Source: Phyllosticta citribraziliensis | Lineage: Eukaryota | Direction of reading: 5' to 3' | DNA length: 64,000 nucleotides | Assembly: GCF_038025025.1 (NCBI RefSeq) | Contig: NW_027117339.1 | Coordinates: 62,001-126,000 of the forward strand | Part shown: positions 1 through 14,151 of the stretch, piece after piece | Layout of the letters: the number at the start of each line of letters is the position of its first letter | Numbering within the stretch: the stretch's first letter is position 1 | Notes under the pieces: generated by a model | What the model saw: the letters and a program-made list of their open reading frames with translations, nothing else | What the model was told of the DNA's origin: nothing | Databases searched by the model: none | Position numbers and translations under genes: made by a program

Positions 1-1559
1 CGGGACGCCGGCAATCTGTGGATGGACGATGGATGGAATGGCTGATGTGTCTTGGCCTGCCTGGGATGAAAGGCATTTGGATGGACGAGTGCAACCACCC
101 ACTCTCTCTCCGGCGTTGGTTGGAACATGCGACTTTGCGGGGAAAGGCTGGTCTCATCGTCTGATGTCTCTCCCCGCAGTCTGGAGCGGTTTCAAAAGGT
201 GGCTCTCACGTCACGGTGGTGTGACGGGCTCCATGGGCGTGGATGGGTGGGTGGATGGCCGCAACGCAACGCAACGCAACGAACGCAACCCAATCGGTCG
301 ACGTGGACAGATATGGCAAAATTGCAAAACACCACCACCGCATGGCAAGGAATGCGCATGCCGACTCGCCAAGATCAGCCACGGCCTTCCCCAGATCATC
401 TTCTCCACCAAAAAAAAAAAAAAAAAGTGTCGCGGCCGATCTTGCCAAGAAGGTGGAAATGGAAGTGGAAGGTCAAGGGCGATTACTATGGGTCGGGGTC
501 GGGGTCGGGGTCGGCCGATGGACATGTAAAATCTCTGCAGCTTGAGGCGTCCGCCTCATTTTTGGGCATTTGCCATTTGCGTGCGTAGGTGATGATGCGG
601 TGCGGTGGATTGCAGGTGAGGCGGAGGGCGACGAGGGCGAGGGCGAGGGCGCGGGCGCGACGAGGGCAGTGTCGTGCGAACGGTGGAGGGAGGGTGGAGG
701 CCCGCAAAATGCCAAATCCGAGCAGCGCAACGAAGACCGCCGGGAGCTGAGTGGTCGGGCCAAATGCCGGCGAGAAAAGACGTGCGAAAGAGGGAGTGTA
801 GGGGAAGGGAAGTGGACAAAAAAAAAAGAAAAAAGGAAAAAAGGATTTGGTTTCGGACATGCCTCGGCCAGGGCCCAATTCGGTCGTTGGGATCTGTTGA
901 CCTCGAGCTGCTGCAACGGGGCTATGGTCGCTAGAGGTTGGTCGCTCCGCCGCACCATGGATGGTACGATGAATGGCTTTGGTGTGCTCTGCTTTGAGCG
1001 GGCCGGCCGGCGTCTTTTCCATCCATCCAGGCACCTGCACTGTCCGGCTTCCCCCGTGCCTCGCCCAACGGTGACATGGCCCTCCCATCCATGCCCCATG
1101 CCCCATGCCCCTTGCAGGCGACATGCCAAACAGGGACAATTTGACAGACTTGTTGGTGTTGAGGAGCGGCGGGCCCGGTCGTCGTCAGCTGCCCTGTCCC
1201 GGTCTCTCCCTGATGGCACAGGCAGGACCCGACAGCGGATGCGGACCTCGGCTTCGCCGAAAAGACAGTCAGAGGGTCTGGGAGTGGGAGGAGCCGTCAG
1301 AAGATTAAAGCGGGGGCCAGAGCACGAGCGAATGCGGCACCTGTGGAGATAACAGCAGCAGGTTGCGACAATAACAATAATGCGCCGGATCGAGAGGTGG
1401 TCGTCTCGCATCGCCTGTGCGACGGCGACTGGGGAAGCGTGAGAAAAATAGGAGAGGGTGCAGCGGCAGTCCGGCAGTGCAGAGGGGCAGGAGCTTGTGC
1501 GACGGACATGGAGGCTTTATCTCGCTGGCTGGCGTCAGGTCTTTTTCTGATTTCGATGT

Positions 1560-2170
1560 GGAAAGCGGAGCCCCCACGCCTGGCGCCGCCGTGGCTTTGG
1601 TCTCATCAGCCCACGCAGGGCCGGACATGTACGCAGGGACACGGCAGTCGATCAAAATTCTAGGGGCAAAGGGACAACGACGAGAGGTCGACTTCACCGA
1701 CATTTGACACGGGGAGGGAGGTCAGCGGTGATGCAGGAGGGAAGAGGACGAGGGAAAGGCTCAGCTGCCATGATGTGAGATGGGCGAGGAGAGGAGAGGA
1801 GAGGAGAGGAGGGTGGTGGTCTTTGGGGGTTCGTATTTGGGGTCCCCGACCCCGGATGACAGAGGCCCCCCACATCCGGAATCGTCAGATGGTGGTGTTG
1901 ACCTGAGTGCCCGATGAGGCTGAACGGGAGGAAGGAAGGGGTGAGGCGGTGCAGCGGGCATTACGTTAGTTTCGGTACGGTACCCCTGCTTATCACGCCC
2001 ACCCCCCGGTAAAAAACCAATCGCGCCTAGTCTGGTTCGGGCTTGGCGTGGGCTCCTGGATTCCGGCTGATCCTCGTCTCTGTCTTCGGCTCCTCGTCTC
2101 GTCCCTCGTCGTTCCCCACGTTTCCAGGCGTCGACTCTGCGTCACTTTGGGCCCTTGAGCTATAAGATTT
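1560..2170 (+). promoter_or_regulatory. creA promoter with TATA-like box, CCAAT, GATA site and several SYGGRG (CreA-type) motifs
   Basis: TATAAG at 2161, ~130 nt before the ATG; CCAAT at ~2017; TTATCA (GATA, minus strand) at ~1990; SYGGRG matches at 1565, 1572, 1850, 1868, 2004 and 2114. The motifs are short and degenerate. Confidence 0.4.
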
Positions 2171-2291
2171 TCGCCCGCCCTCCCCCTTCCTTCTCCGGCT
2201 TTCGCTCGCATTGCATCGCCTCGCCTCGCCTCGCCTCGCCTCCCTCGCCAGACTTGCCCATCTCTCCATCCCGCACCACACCACCTTTCAC

Positions 2292-3560
2292 ATGCAACAA
2301 TCAACCTCTGCCGTGGATTTCAAAAATCTGCTCAACCCCCAGGCAGACTCAGCCTCTCCATCCCCCTCCTCTTCGGCCCCCTCGACCCCAGCTTCCATGG
2401 CCGCTGCCGCTGCCGTCCGTCCTGTCGGTCTCATGGGCTCCATGCTTCAAAACGCACAACCTCACCAGGACGACCACCGCTCCGACCTGCCTCGCCCTTA
2501 CAAGTGTCCCCTGTGCGACAAGGCCTTTCACCGTCTCGAGCACCAGACCAGACACATCCGCACTCACACGGGCGAGAAGCCCCACGCCTGTCAATTCCCC
2601 GGCTGCACCAAGCGCTTCTCGCGCTCCGACGAGCTCACCCGCCACTCGAGGATACACAACAACCCCAACTCCAGGAGAGGAAACAAGCAAAATGCCGCTG
2701 CCGTCGCCGCTGCACAGGCCGTCGCCAGCGCCGGCGTTCTCGAGTGCGGCCAAATCACCCACATGATGCCCCCGCCGACAAAACCCATTTCTCGCTCTGC
2801 CCCGAGCTCAAACCTGGCCTCGCCCAACGTCTCTCCTCCTCACTCCTACTCGAGCTACTCCAACCTGTCCAACTTGGCCGCCTACAACCGCTCCAACCCC
2901 AACACCTCCATGGGCATCCTGGCCACGGCCGCCTCGCAGATTGAACAGCAGCAGCAGCAGCAACAGCCGCCCCAATACCCACCGAGGCAACACATGGGCT
3001 CGCACCAGCACTTTGGCCACAGCAACCGTCTGCCTGGCGTCACTGGCCTGGCTGCCTACGCCTACTCGTCGCAGCCCATGTCGCGGTCGCACTCGCACGA
3101 AGAAGACGACCAGTACGCACACCGAATGACCAAGAAATCGCGGCCAGGCTCTCCCCTCTCAACCGCACCCCCCTCGCCCACCTTTTCCCACGACTCGTAC
3201 TCGCCGACCCCGGACCACACTCCCCTCGCCACCCCTGCGCACTCGCCTCGCCTGCGTCCTCACGGCCTGAGCGACGTGCAACTTCCTCACATCCGCCACC
3301 TGTCCCTGCAGCACGTCCCGGCTTTGGCCCCGATGGAGCCGTCGGCAAACGGAGAGACGCCCTACGTCCCCCAGCAGCCGACCGGCTTGAGGATAGGCGA
3401 CATCATCTCAAGACAGGACGGCGCCCAAAGAAAACTGCCCGTGCCGCCGGCTCCCAAGGTCGCAGTGCAAGATCTGCTCAATGCCGGAAGCGGCTTCTCC
3501 TCTGGCAATTCTTCGGCCAACGCCTCTGTGGCCGGCAACGACCTGCATGAGCGCTTCTAA
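2292..3560 (+). CDS. creA: Carbon catabolite repressor CreA/Cre1 (C2H2 zinc-finger transcription factor), single exon
   Basis: Two Mig1/CreA-type fingers ([56 protein letters not shown]), Ala and Gln tracts, conserved [27 protein letters not shown] block and C-terminal RKLPVP..VQDLL. The first in-frame ATG is at 2292; the ORF track started at an upstream TTG. Confidence 0.97.
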   Translation: MQQSTSAVDFKNLLNPQADSASPSPSSSAPSTPASMAAAAAVRPVGLMGSMLQNAQPHQDDHRSDLPRPYKCPLCDKAFHRLEHQTRHIRTHTGEKPHACQFPGCTKRFSRSDELTRHSRIHNNPNSRRGNKQNAAAVAAAQAVASAGVLECGQITHMMPPPTKPISRSAPSSNLASPNVSPPHSYSSYSNLSNLAAYNRSNPNTSMGILATAASQIEQQQQQQQPPQYPPRQHMGSHQHFGHSNRLPGVTGLAAYAYSSQPMSRSHSHEEDDQYAHRMTKKSRPGSPLSTAPPSPTFSHDSYSPTPDHTPLATPAHSPRLRPHGLSDVQLPHIRHLSLQHVPALAPMEPSANGETPYVPQQPTGLRIGDIISRQDGAQRKLPVPPAPKVAVQDLLNAGSGFSSGNSSANASVAGNDLHERF

Positions 3561-4605
3561 ATCATTGTCTCGTTCTTGGTCCGCACTACTTCCAAACACA
3601 TCTGCATGATGGTGGGCGTTTCGGGGATTCATGTGTACGACACGGTTGCTTTTTTCTCTATATTTCTCGGGACTGCGTCATGAGCGAACTTTGTTCTCCA
3701 CTTCAGGGTTTTTTAACCTACAACCAACAACTATAGACGGGGGGCCGGTTAAACGGAATGCGTTTTCTTTTTTCTTTCTTGTCCTCGTGTCTTTTCAGGA
3801 ACAAGTAATGCCAAAAAGCTGGATGTGCTGCGCGCTGTCTCTGTCTCTGTCTCCTTGTCTCCACACTTTTCCTTCTCCACGCCGCGGCATGCACCGCCGC
3901 TGCCGCCGCTGTTTTTCTCAACTCGACCGCCCACCTCTCCATCCGGACAGCAGCCGTCACATCGGCGGCGGGCAGGCAGGCCGGCCGGCACACGTTTTTG
4001 CTTCGTTTCTTGACATGAGGGGGATTCACTAGGGTCGTGGGACTTCAGGGCCGGGCAAAAGGAAAGAGGGACGACGGGAAAGAGGGAAAGAAAGACGGGA
4101 AAGCCAAATGGGATGGGAACTGGAAATGGAAATGGAGTCTTGTCGTATCTTGTTTGCTGCAGGTGCTGCGTTTTGTGCGCTCGATAGACTATCTTCTCTT
4201 CTCTTCTCTTCCTCTGCTCTACTCTTGTCTTGTCTGGGGAGTTGGGGCGGTGATGATGCTTCACGGAGTACGGTATGAACGCTATAGACGGCGGAACGGT
4301 GTTTGGTTAGGTACTTCTACTAGAACTTGCTATCCTTCTGTCAATCCTCCTATCCCCCACCTCGCTCCTCACCTCCGTCCCCATCATCGTCTGGCGTCCT
4401 ACCCGCCGCAGCGCAGCGCATCCATCCATCCCATCACGTACACACCTACCTTCCTACCAGGCAGGTCGTCGTGAGGTGGATGGATGCGCGGATGGCGACA
4501 TCGGCGCCTCCCCGGACGGAACGTGGAACGCGCCGGCAAGCCGCGGCCGGAGGATTCACCCACCTCTCCCTCCCTCACCCACCGCACTCGTTCACTGGTG
4601 CCTCT

Positions 4606-4800
4606 CGGTCGGTCGATTCGGTCGGTCCATTCGGTCGGTCGGTCGGTCGGTCGGGCGAAGGTGCGATTTGTCATCCACACTTACGCCGTCACGGCCGCCC
4701 TATGGAGACGACTACGCTGCGCTGCGAAAGAAGGAAAGAAAACCATGTGCGTGACGACCAACGAGCGAAGTAGCCGCGCGCGCGCGCGCGCGTGCGCGTC
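4606..4800. repeat. (GTCG)n tetranucleotide array and alternating (CG)n run
   Basis: tcggtcggtcg... at 4606-4653; cgcgcgcgcgcgcgcgcgtgcgcg at ~4774-4797. Confidence 0.85.
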
Positions 4801-5496
4801 CGTCTGCTTTCTCTCTCTCTCATCAATTGCGCTCTGTTGGCTGTGGCTGTTGCTTGCAGGTAGGTCTGTCTGTGTGCCGACCCGACGAGACGAGTGTTGG
4901 TGGCCAACCAGCGCCTCACGTGCGTCGTTCGTTTGAAGAGCAGGGCAGCGGAGGGCAGCACCGCAGTCTCCCAGGTCGGAGGCGGAGGCGGAGGCGGAGG
5001 AGGAAGAAATTTTCTGCTCTGCTCTGCTCTGCCGTCTGATGGATGGTTGGCTGTGTGTGGTGGTCTAGCCCTCTACGGATGTGTCTCGATAAAGATGAAA
5101 TGAGCCGTGAAATGAGTGTGGGGAAAAATTGGTCGTGGTCGTGATTGTGGTGGTGTGGGGGTGCGGCTACTTACCTACCTTACCTACACGGGGAGCGATT
5201 GGTTCCTAGGGTGGGATGGAGGGAGCGCGATGCCGAAATGCTGGGGCTGTGCCTATGTAAATATTCGTATGTAGGTAGGTAGGTAGATAGATAGAGTACA
5301 TAGCTATCTACGCGCCGCCTTGCCTTGGTTTTCTCCCTGCTGCTCGTTATCTGCATCCATAGAGCAGAAGAAGACAAGACCGGCGGCGCATGGGTGCTTT
5401 ACTTTCCCTCTCCACTTCGCAGCTGCATCCACATCCACGCGTGACACAGCGGTGTCGGCGACGACGTTGTCGGCGGATGGGTAAACTGACTGCCGG

Positions 5497-5530
5497 CTAT
5501 GTATGTATGTATGTATGTATGTACGTATGT
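5497..5530. repeat. (GTAT)n microsatellite
   Basis: tatgtatgtatgtatgtatgtatgtacgtatg seen directly. Confidence 0.9.
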
Positions 5531-6468
5531 CCCGTGTGTGTGGGTGTGTGGTGGGTGTGTATGCAGGCATGCCGCCGGACATGGAGGTCTGGTGGAGGTG
5601 GTGGAGTGATGGTCACGATACATGCGCACCTGCTCGTCTACCAGGTACTTATCTACATATCTTACCGACCTCTGAGGTGTACCAACTGACATGACCATTT
5701 TTCGGCGTGCGTCTGTGTATCTACACTGGAGCTATCGATTTGTACGAGTCGTGTGCAGACGAGGCACGTCATAGCCATTTATACCATGAACGCGTTGCCA
5801 TCTTGGCGCAGTGCAGTCAGTCAGTGTACATACGTACATACAGCCATCGGACGCACACCTGCCTGCCTGCCTGCGTGCTTGCCTTTACATATGCCGTAAT
5901 CGGCGCGGCGCGGCGCGGCGCAGAGCGTCGCCGGTGGTGCTGGGCATGTATGTACTGTTGTACATCAGTCAGCGGCGCCTTCTTCACCGCTCGTTCGGGC
6001 GAGGGGAGCAGCAGCAAGACGAAGCCACTGGTGGGTGGATGAGGCGGAGAAGAAATGAGGAGGAGAAATGAGGAGGGGGGAGCATCGGCGACGATCTCAC
6101 AGCGGGTGCGGTGCGGGCGTCCGGCGCGCGTGTGAGAGCGCGCTGTGCTGGCTGGCTGGCTGGCCTGCCGCTTGGTCTGGGCGGCTGGAGAGTATTGGAC
6201 ACGGGGAAAGAAAGAAAAAACTAATCAAAGAAAGATTCGTTAGTGTGGCAGGGAAGCGCCGGGGCGACGATCTGTGAGAAAGTTTTCTTCTTCTTCTTCT
6301 TCTTTTTGGAATGGTCCCTTGCTCGTTGAGGATGAGGCGCGAGGTGGTGGAGTCGCGGCCGGCCTGGATTGGATTATTGGACACCTTGTTGGCAACGCTC
6401 CGCAACGCACCGCGCGAGACGCACGCACATCACACATTGATCACTCTACATGTGTAGCTCCAGGAAGC

Positions 6469-6494
6469 AGACGCAGACGCAGACGCAGACGCAG
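6469..6494. repeat. (AGACGC)n hexanucleotide microsatellite
   Basis: agacgcagacgcagacgcagacgcag seen directly. Confidence 0.9.
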
Positions 6495-9400
6495 AGGAAG
6501 AGAGGCGAGGCGGATTGACGTAGGTGGATCAGGGGGAGCGGAGGGCCTGAACGTGGAGAGGGAGCCGCCAGCCAGGTCTGGTCGCTACGGCGGCGAATGA
6601 AGGTTGTGGGGTGCCTTGGTCTCCAGTGTCTCTCACGGCCAGCCAGGTCGTCGGGCGCTTTGCGTTGCCCTCTTGAGTCTTGACAGGAAGATTCGTCGTG
6701 GCATCCAACAGCGCATGCGAACGGCAGCAGATGACCAGGGTCTTGTCATTCCCCACAATCAATCGCAATACCAAAGGCGGCGGCGCATGGACAACCCATC
6801 AGGTGCAGCCGGCGCACGGTTGCTGGTGGTGGAGGGAGGGTGCAGGCCATGGTCGGAATCCGAAAAGCTCCATGTCCTTTTCTTTTGCTGTCCGCATGAC
6901 GGTCCAAGGGAACAAAGGGTCCGGAGCGTTGGCCGGCAACGTTGCCAAGCAGGTCGGGTCTGTGGTGTGGAGGATGATGTACACACAGTACAGCTGTTTG
7001 CCCCTGTGGAGATGGAAAGGAAAAATGCGGAGAGCATCCGTGGCGTCATGGCGTCTCCGCCTGGACCTGGAGAAAGCTCGGGGACTGGATTCCAGCGTCT
7101 CCATCCCATGTCTCGTCCACCGTGTCCGCGTCGCACTGGGTGTAGTTACATCCGGCGCTGGAATATTTTGTTCCATGGCCCTCCTATTCCCGCCGGAAAA
7201 TCCTCTCGTGCTTCGTTTCGCGATACGATGGATGCATGGGGGCAGAGTGTGGAGCCCCGGCTTCCGGCTCCAGACGTGCGCTGCAGCCCCCAGCTTCTGT
7301 GCTTCTGTGCTTCTGTGCTTCTGCGCTTCCGCTTCCGCAGCAGGCAGGTATCCACGCTGCGTTGCCGAGTTATGCGCGTTCCGTGGAGAGAGGGTCGAAT
7401 GATCGTGTTGCGACCAAGCCGGTTGTGCCCCTTGATCCAGCACGGAGCCCACACTCCACAAGCCAGCCTCACTCTTCCACCTATTGTATCCAGCAGCCGG
7501 CCTTCTCTCCAGATGTCCAGTCAGCCTCTTCTTATCGCTGCGTCAGCTCCGCCGCCGCCCCTGGCATTATTTCCGATGGGCCTCCGCCAGCAGATTCTGG
7601 AGCTGACAGTGACGCTGAACAGCGCCCCCTTGGTCGTCTCTGACGTGTGGCCCCATCTGACGCAGTCCAGTCGCAGCAAGCAGCAGCAGAAACAGTCGCG
7701 GAGCCCAGGCATCAACACGGCCGTCTCGACTGCTCAATCTGGAATCTTGAATCCGGATCACCGCATGGAATCTTCCACCACGATCGAAGCCCGCCCGGGA
7801 GGGAATTTTTGGAAAAATTTCCCCACGCCGACCCTCTCTCGCTGCCCTTTGCTCCACCTCTTCCGTTGCCTCTGGCCCTGACAGCTGTGGCGCAGCAGAG
7901 GGCGGCGGAAAGAGATGGCATTTAGCCTGAAGTGGGGGACGCCGGCGCTGCGGGCAGCGAAAGCCCCTGTGGCGCACCCGCGCTATTCTTGCCCTCGTCG
8001 TCCTCCGTCCTCCCAAGATGGGTCGGGTCTGGGGAAGTCGGTCGGCCGCCGCTAGCTAGACTTTGGCCCGCAGGATTCTGGGGAAACCCAAGCCTCCAAG
8101 TCTTGACGCTCGTGGCTTTCACATGCCAGATCAGATGAAAGCGCTGATTTTCTTTGTTTACTTCTCGCTCTGCCCGCGACACCCATCCGCTCGCTCACTC
8201 CACTCGACTGACTCGACTCTGCCTCGCCAGCCTCGACTCGCGGACGGTTTGCCATTATCCTGAGCAAACGTAATGATTGCGAGCAAGTGCCAAGAGCAGC
8301 ATCATAGGGTTGCGTCACTGGCCTGTGGTCAAGCATTCAGCAGCGACTCAGGCGCCTGCGGTTATCCAGCGCGACGACGTCAGGGACAAAAGGCCCTTTT
8401 TGCAAGGGAAAGTTCCGCGACTCTGGGCCAGACTCTTGGTCTCGCAAAAAGCAATTCAGTTGCCGACATCATCGGCGCCCCCAGGAGACACGCAAGCGGG
8501 CAGGGCAGTGCGGCCATGGCCCAGCTCCGGCGTCTGATTAGCGGCACCAGGCATTGCGTGATGGGATCGAGCATTGCCAAAATCACCAATTGCTTTTGCC
8601 GGCCACGGCGGCGACCTGTGGTACTCGCTCCACTGGCGGTACATGGCCTGGCAATCAGTTAGTAACATGCTTTCGATCCGTCTCCTGCAAGCCTGCTCGA
8701 CCATCCCTCGCAGATTTACGACAGCATAACGTTGGATCGACGAGGGGATGCGCCTCCCGCCAACCTTGATTTGAAAGAGAAACCCATGCCGCCAGGACCC
8801 GGCCCAGCGGCGACGAGCGCACGTCGGCACCTGCTGTCGCGAGATGCGAACACCTCGAGCAGCCGACACGAAGCCATGACGGCCTCGACTGGTGGTGCAG
8901 ATGGATGGTCTACGTCAGTCAGATGCAAGGCGTGGCGACTGGATTGTTGATTGTGGGGTCCCCACATTCCGCTAGCGGCTCTCCCTGCACCGAGCCGAGC
9001 ATTGCAACAAACACCAACTTATCGTCGCGCTGCACGCCCAGCTGGATGTGATAAGGAATCGACTCATCATCACAATGCCAGGATGCCCGGCGCCATTCCT
9101 GTCCATCGGGCGATACCGGTACCTGCGTTATCATCACTCTACTCCACACCAGCTAGCACTATTGCTCCGCCCACGACACGTACGAAACGCTTTTGCTGCC
9201 CCGGCCTCTGCCCTACCCGCCGCGCCGTCGCTCTCCTGACACCGATCCTTCAGGGCGAACGGGACGAACGCGTGCGTGCATGCCCAGCATGTGAAAGTCT
9301 TTTTTTGCTCTCCCTTTCGACTCAACTGTTGCATGTGACAGCGCCAATGAAGAAAAAAATATTTTGGGGCATCCCCAACAAGGGAAAAAGGAAACAATCC

Positions 9401-12400
9401 AGCCCAGAGGTCTGGAGCATGGCGGGCAAGGACTCAAGGTTCCAGCCAGCCAGCCAGCCTGTGATCCTTTTTTCCGTCTGCTTGTCTCTTCTCAATCACC
9501 AGCGCCTGGTCACCTACCGAGCCTACCAGCCGGGCGCTCTGCTCGCCATTTGCTGGACCTGAGTCCGGCAGAGACCACTTGTCCTCCTCGACCAATCCGT
9601 CGTATCCATGGCATCCCATGGCATCCGCGGCATCACAGGGGCTTGTGTGGCTGGCGCAGCCTCCCAGGCTGCAGATAAGATTGAAGCCTGTCGCGGGACG
9701 ATAGCAGCACTTGCGCCTCGTCTCGCGGATGATCCGGTGGGCACTCAAATTCGAGCGCTACCGTGCGACCGGTAAGATGATACCATAGTCGATGTTCTCG
9801 ATGTGTCCTCCCGCCCGCACCCTCCTGCCTCATCGGGCGCTTCCGACGGGCTTTGATTACATGTATCTGATTACATTTTGCATTGTCTACTTGTGTAGTA
9901 GCGCAGAACGGAGACCGAGACATAGTCAATTGTCGTGACTAGACTGGAGAGGTAGGTACGAGGAACCAAGTACCCAGCAACTCTGATAACCATCGGGCAC
10001 ACCGAGCAGAGCCAACTGAATGCCGATATCGCGATTGGCGTCGTCCAGCACCTCACCGTCGACGAACCATTCGACGCGGAAGAAGCGCCAAACATGTGAT
10101 GATGGTACATATTTACGTACGCTCGCTCGCGCCAACCGTCTGTTTTTGAATTTACTGCCTCTGCGTTTCATGTCGAATGCCGACAATCGTGCCACGACCA
10201 AGCCGACGCAGAGAGACAGAGCCAACACCATCTGCCGCTTCCGGTATTCCGTACAGTACCCAGACCGACGACCAGCTGGCATCAACGATCGATTGCCCAC
10301 ACCCCGAGTCGATGTACATGTCTCATGGTTTTGCTTTTTTGTCTCATCTGTCACGTCAATGATGCCATGAACGGTTCATCTCCAGTCCCAAGAGAGAGCT
10401 CTACGCCAAAATCTGGTTTCCCTATTTTTTACTTTCCCTTTTTCACCCCTCTGCCAAACAGCATACCCCGCCCCCGCCCCCGTCCCCGCTCCCGTGTCTC
10501 CATTCCCCCCATCCCCATTCCCGTCCTCCGCATCCATCCCTTCCTCGTTAGTCGGTCAGTCCACCCCCACGTCTTGGGTTTCCCGTGGGGTAGGTACAAC
10601 ACGGTACAACGCAAACCCCCTAATCCCTCCAATTCTTCCACCGCTTTCTCTTGTTCTTTTCCTTTGCTCCCCGACCGTCGGCCATTGAAAACCGACAATC
10701 GACAATCGACAATATACCATGCCCTTTTTCGCGTTTGCATGCCCCTTCGCTACAAACGTACTGCATGGTACTGTTCTCTCCGCGAGTACCCTGCTGTCTG
10801 CTTGTAATTGTTCCGTCCTGTCCGCGCCGTCTATCTGCCGCGCCGTCTGCCGCCGCTCGTCTATTTCCTTGCCTGCCTACTCATCCGTCCACCTACTTCT
10901 AGATCCCGTTCCGCCGCGCAGCGCGGCTCGTTGTGTCGCTCGCCCCGCGCCGTCTCGCCCGCTTCCCCGGCTTGGCTTGGCGTGGCTTGGCGTGGCTTTG
11001 CAAGTGTTATCAAGGCATACATGCTTGTATGCATGGATACTGCTGTGGCGGCTTTTTGGCAAAGAGGCAGGGCAGCAGGAGAGCTGGCGGGGAGGCGAGC
11101 GGCTGGCTGGTACGCGTGCATATGTGCGTGTGATAGGCGGGTTGTTTGGGCACTGTGTAAATGAATGGACAGGTAAGTGATTGAGAAGGTAGCAAATATG
11201 GTGCGACGGATGTTTGTGTGCTACTGAGCGTCGACGGTGCGGTTGAGTAGATGCGTTGGTGGAGTACAGAGGGTGTGTGATGGTTGCTACTGCTGCGTGC
11301 GTGTCGTCGAGGCTGTGAACAGGTGGGGAGAAAGAAAGTCCTGATCCAGAGCGAGTGGACGGTTGAGGGAGTTGATGGCAGCACTCGGAGAGGAGGGAGG
11401 TAGGTAGGTGAAATATCAAACTACAGTCAAAGGTTTCCTGCCCTCCTCTTCTTTCCCACTGCTTCTCCATCTCACTCAATTGGCAGCCTCTGGACCTTTT
11501 CTCTTTCTTTCTCTCTTTGCCCTTTGTATTTTTCATAAGCCGTATCAACTCATTTCAGCTGCCCCTTTTCCCCGTCATTTATTCACCGTTGCCGTTGCCC
11601 ATGTTGAACAAATCATGAAATTCTACCAATATTTCCTCTCTATACATCGAAAACCCCATGCGGCTTTCTCTTTTCCTTCCCCCTTTCCTGTTCAAAACAC
11701 ACGCCACAGAGCCCATCAATGGCAAAGCAGTCGTCAGCCTCTTCTTCTTCGCCGCGCAGCAGCACCACCACCACGATCATCAGCATCGCCCCCCTCTATC
11801 CGTCCGTCTGTCCGTCACTGAGCCGCTTCCTGCCACCCAGACATCTTCCGGCACGGAGGCGGACGAACCTGCCTCGCCGAAAAGAAAAGGAGAGAAGAGA
11901 AGGGAAGAGAAAAGAAAAAGGAGAGGAAAGGGGAACCTCTATGTATATGGTGGCTGGCCGCAAACGTGCGCATTCGAAGTCCAAGCTATCACCTGCCCCG
12001 GTCCAACAGACCGTCGTGAGATGCTGAGCACGCGTACTTGATCAGTGATGCTGCCGCTCTTCAACGCGTTGCTCCTGTCAAATGACTGAAATGAGCCGCG
12101 CTGCTGCGACTGTTTGACGCCTTCGTTCCTGGGGCTTCCATTATTCTTTTTCGCTTTTCTCCTGCTTCCTCTCTTTTCTCCTCTCATGCGTTGCTGCCAT
12201 CCGACACTATACTCACGACATTGGCGTGGGGTGGTGTTGTGTAGATGGATGTGGTTGTTGGTAGCTGCCGCTGTCGCCGCTGCTAATGCCATACACAGTG
12301 CGGCGAAGCAATTGAATGTCGATTGACAGGATGAGAGGAAGCAGAGTGATCTAGCAGGAAGGTCAATCGGAGACTGCGTCAGACATCCCAGTCAGTCCAG

Positions 12401-13545
12401 CTACATGCCATACTCACTCGCGTCAGCACCTCTCTGCCGCACAAATTTCCATGCGTTCATTGGATTTTTTCTATCTCCTATCAACTCGTCAGCCTGACTG
12501 TAAGTCAGCCAGTCCGTCAGTCAAATGTGCAGTCACTCCACTTCTTTCCGCCCGCAACGAACGCCACGAGACCACGATTCCAAGATACGAAATGGCCACG
12601 TGCATGTCATCTTCCCATCATCCCATGCTCGTCTTGGAGTACAGCAGCAACCAACAGTAATGAACCCACCAACCGACCAGCCAGCAAACCAAGCAACCAA
12701 CCAGCAGACACGCGGATAGACAGCGTGAACAACGTACCAACCTACCCACCTACCAACCTACCAACCCATTGGGCTAGACAGGCAGATAGACAGACCGACG
12801 AAGGGACAGCCGTCTTGGTGCAGACCGCAGACGGAATACTCAAGAAACGCGGACGCGGTTTTTCTGGCGCATTTTCACAAATGATTCTGATTCTATTTTT
12901 GGCTGCCGTGGGACGAAGAAAGGAAGGAACACCTTCCGTGTTTTCCCTTCCATTCGTGGTGAGCACTGGCTTATTGGTGCTATATTACCCATGATTTGAT
13001 GAAGAAGTGCTGCTGCTAACATGAACGGGCTGGCTGGCTGGTTGTCTGGCTCCTCGCAGAACCAGACGGCGAGAGTGCTGGAGGCGATGGGTTTAGTCTA
13101 TAAAGTAGAGCAGAGCAGGGCAGAGAAGCGTCCGTCCGTCTAGGCGTGGGTGCAGTCAGTGATGCGGTCGAAATGAAAGACTCTAGCCGGATCGAGTAGC
13201 AGAAAAATTGGACCAAGGCATGTTGTGTTAAGTCGGAAGCAAGAGCTGATCGATTTCTGGCCGTTCATTGACCCCAGGAGAGCAGCAGCACATCACGATG
13301 CACCACGGCGCAGGCATGAAGCCTATTTGCTTCATATACGATTTGATTCAACAGACTGATCCGAGAGAGGCTTGCAAACGACGACGACACAAAGCGACCA
13401 TCACCACACCACAGCAGCGACATCTACTGCCTACAGTCGTTGGCCGTAAAAGTCGGCGTGCGTGGGGCGTGCATGCGTGCCACAATCTGACAACTCCCTT
13501 CTCCCTTCCTCATTCTTCGTTCTTCTTGCTTCTGAAGTGCGTCGC

Positions 13546-14151
13546 CTAGTCCTTCAGGCCGTTCCTGTTCTTGAGCTCGGTGAACAGCTCGACGTACTTC
13601 TTCTCGGCCTCATCGGGCGAGGTGCCCTTGTCTGCCTCCTCCTGCCACGCCCGCTTCATGGCCTTCTTCTGTAGGTGGGCGGTGTGTTAGCATCGTGTGT
13701 GTGTTTTGAAAAGCGACAGCGACGGGGAACGCATCATCCCTCGACGTGTGGGGACTCTGGCGGTGGCCGTCGAGGAGAGACGTGAAAGATGGGCTGTTTG
13801 AATATGACGACGGGACCAGCCAGCCATCCATCCAGCAAGCAAATCAAGCACCGCCCAAGGAGATCGAACGACGTACCGCAAACTCGGTGAAGCCAGGGTT
13901 GGGCGCGTCCTTGACGTTGTAGCCGCGGGCAATCTTGGCGTATGCGTACAGCTGTAGCGAAAAGACGTCAGTCGAGCCGTCCGCGTGTCAAAAGGAGAAG
14001 CAGTAGCAGCAGCTGCTGCGTTCTGGAGGAGTGGATGACGCACCTGGAGCTGCTCGCTCTGCGAGGCGTCCTTGAGCTTGCCGGCCGTCTGGAAGGCCTG
14101 GCGGAACTCTTCGCCGGTCTGGCGGGGGTCGTCCTTGAACTGGTCGGCCAT
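13546..14151 (-). CDS. Small acyl-CoA-binding protein (ACBP)-like, ~101 aa, 3 exons (14151-14044, 13951-13877, 13668-13546)
   Basis: Spliced product MADQFKDDPRQTGEEFRQAFQTAGKLKDASQSEQLQ|LYAYAKIARGYNVKDAPNPGFTEFA|KKAMKRAWQEEADKGTSPDEAEKKYVELFTELKNRNGLKD*. GT..CAG introns; ACBP pattern (LY..K, PG, AW, A...YV.L). Not recovered as one ORF in the track. Confidence 0.8.

Noticed and set aside
6604..7881. 425-aa ORF
   Set aside because: Non-ATG start, crosses microsatellites, Arg/Pro/Ser-rich with no domain or codon bias; not called as a CDS.
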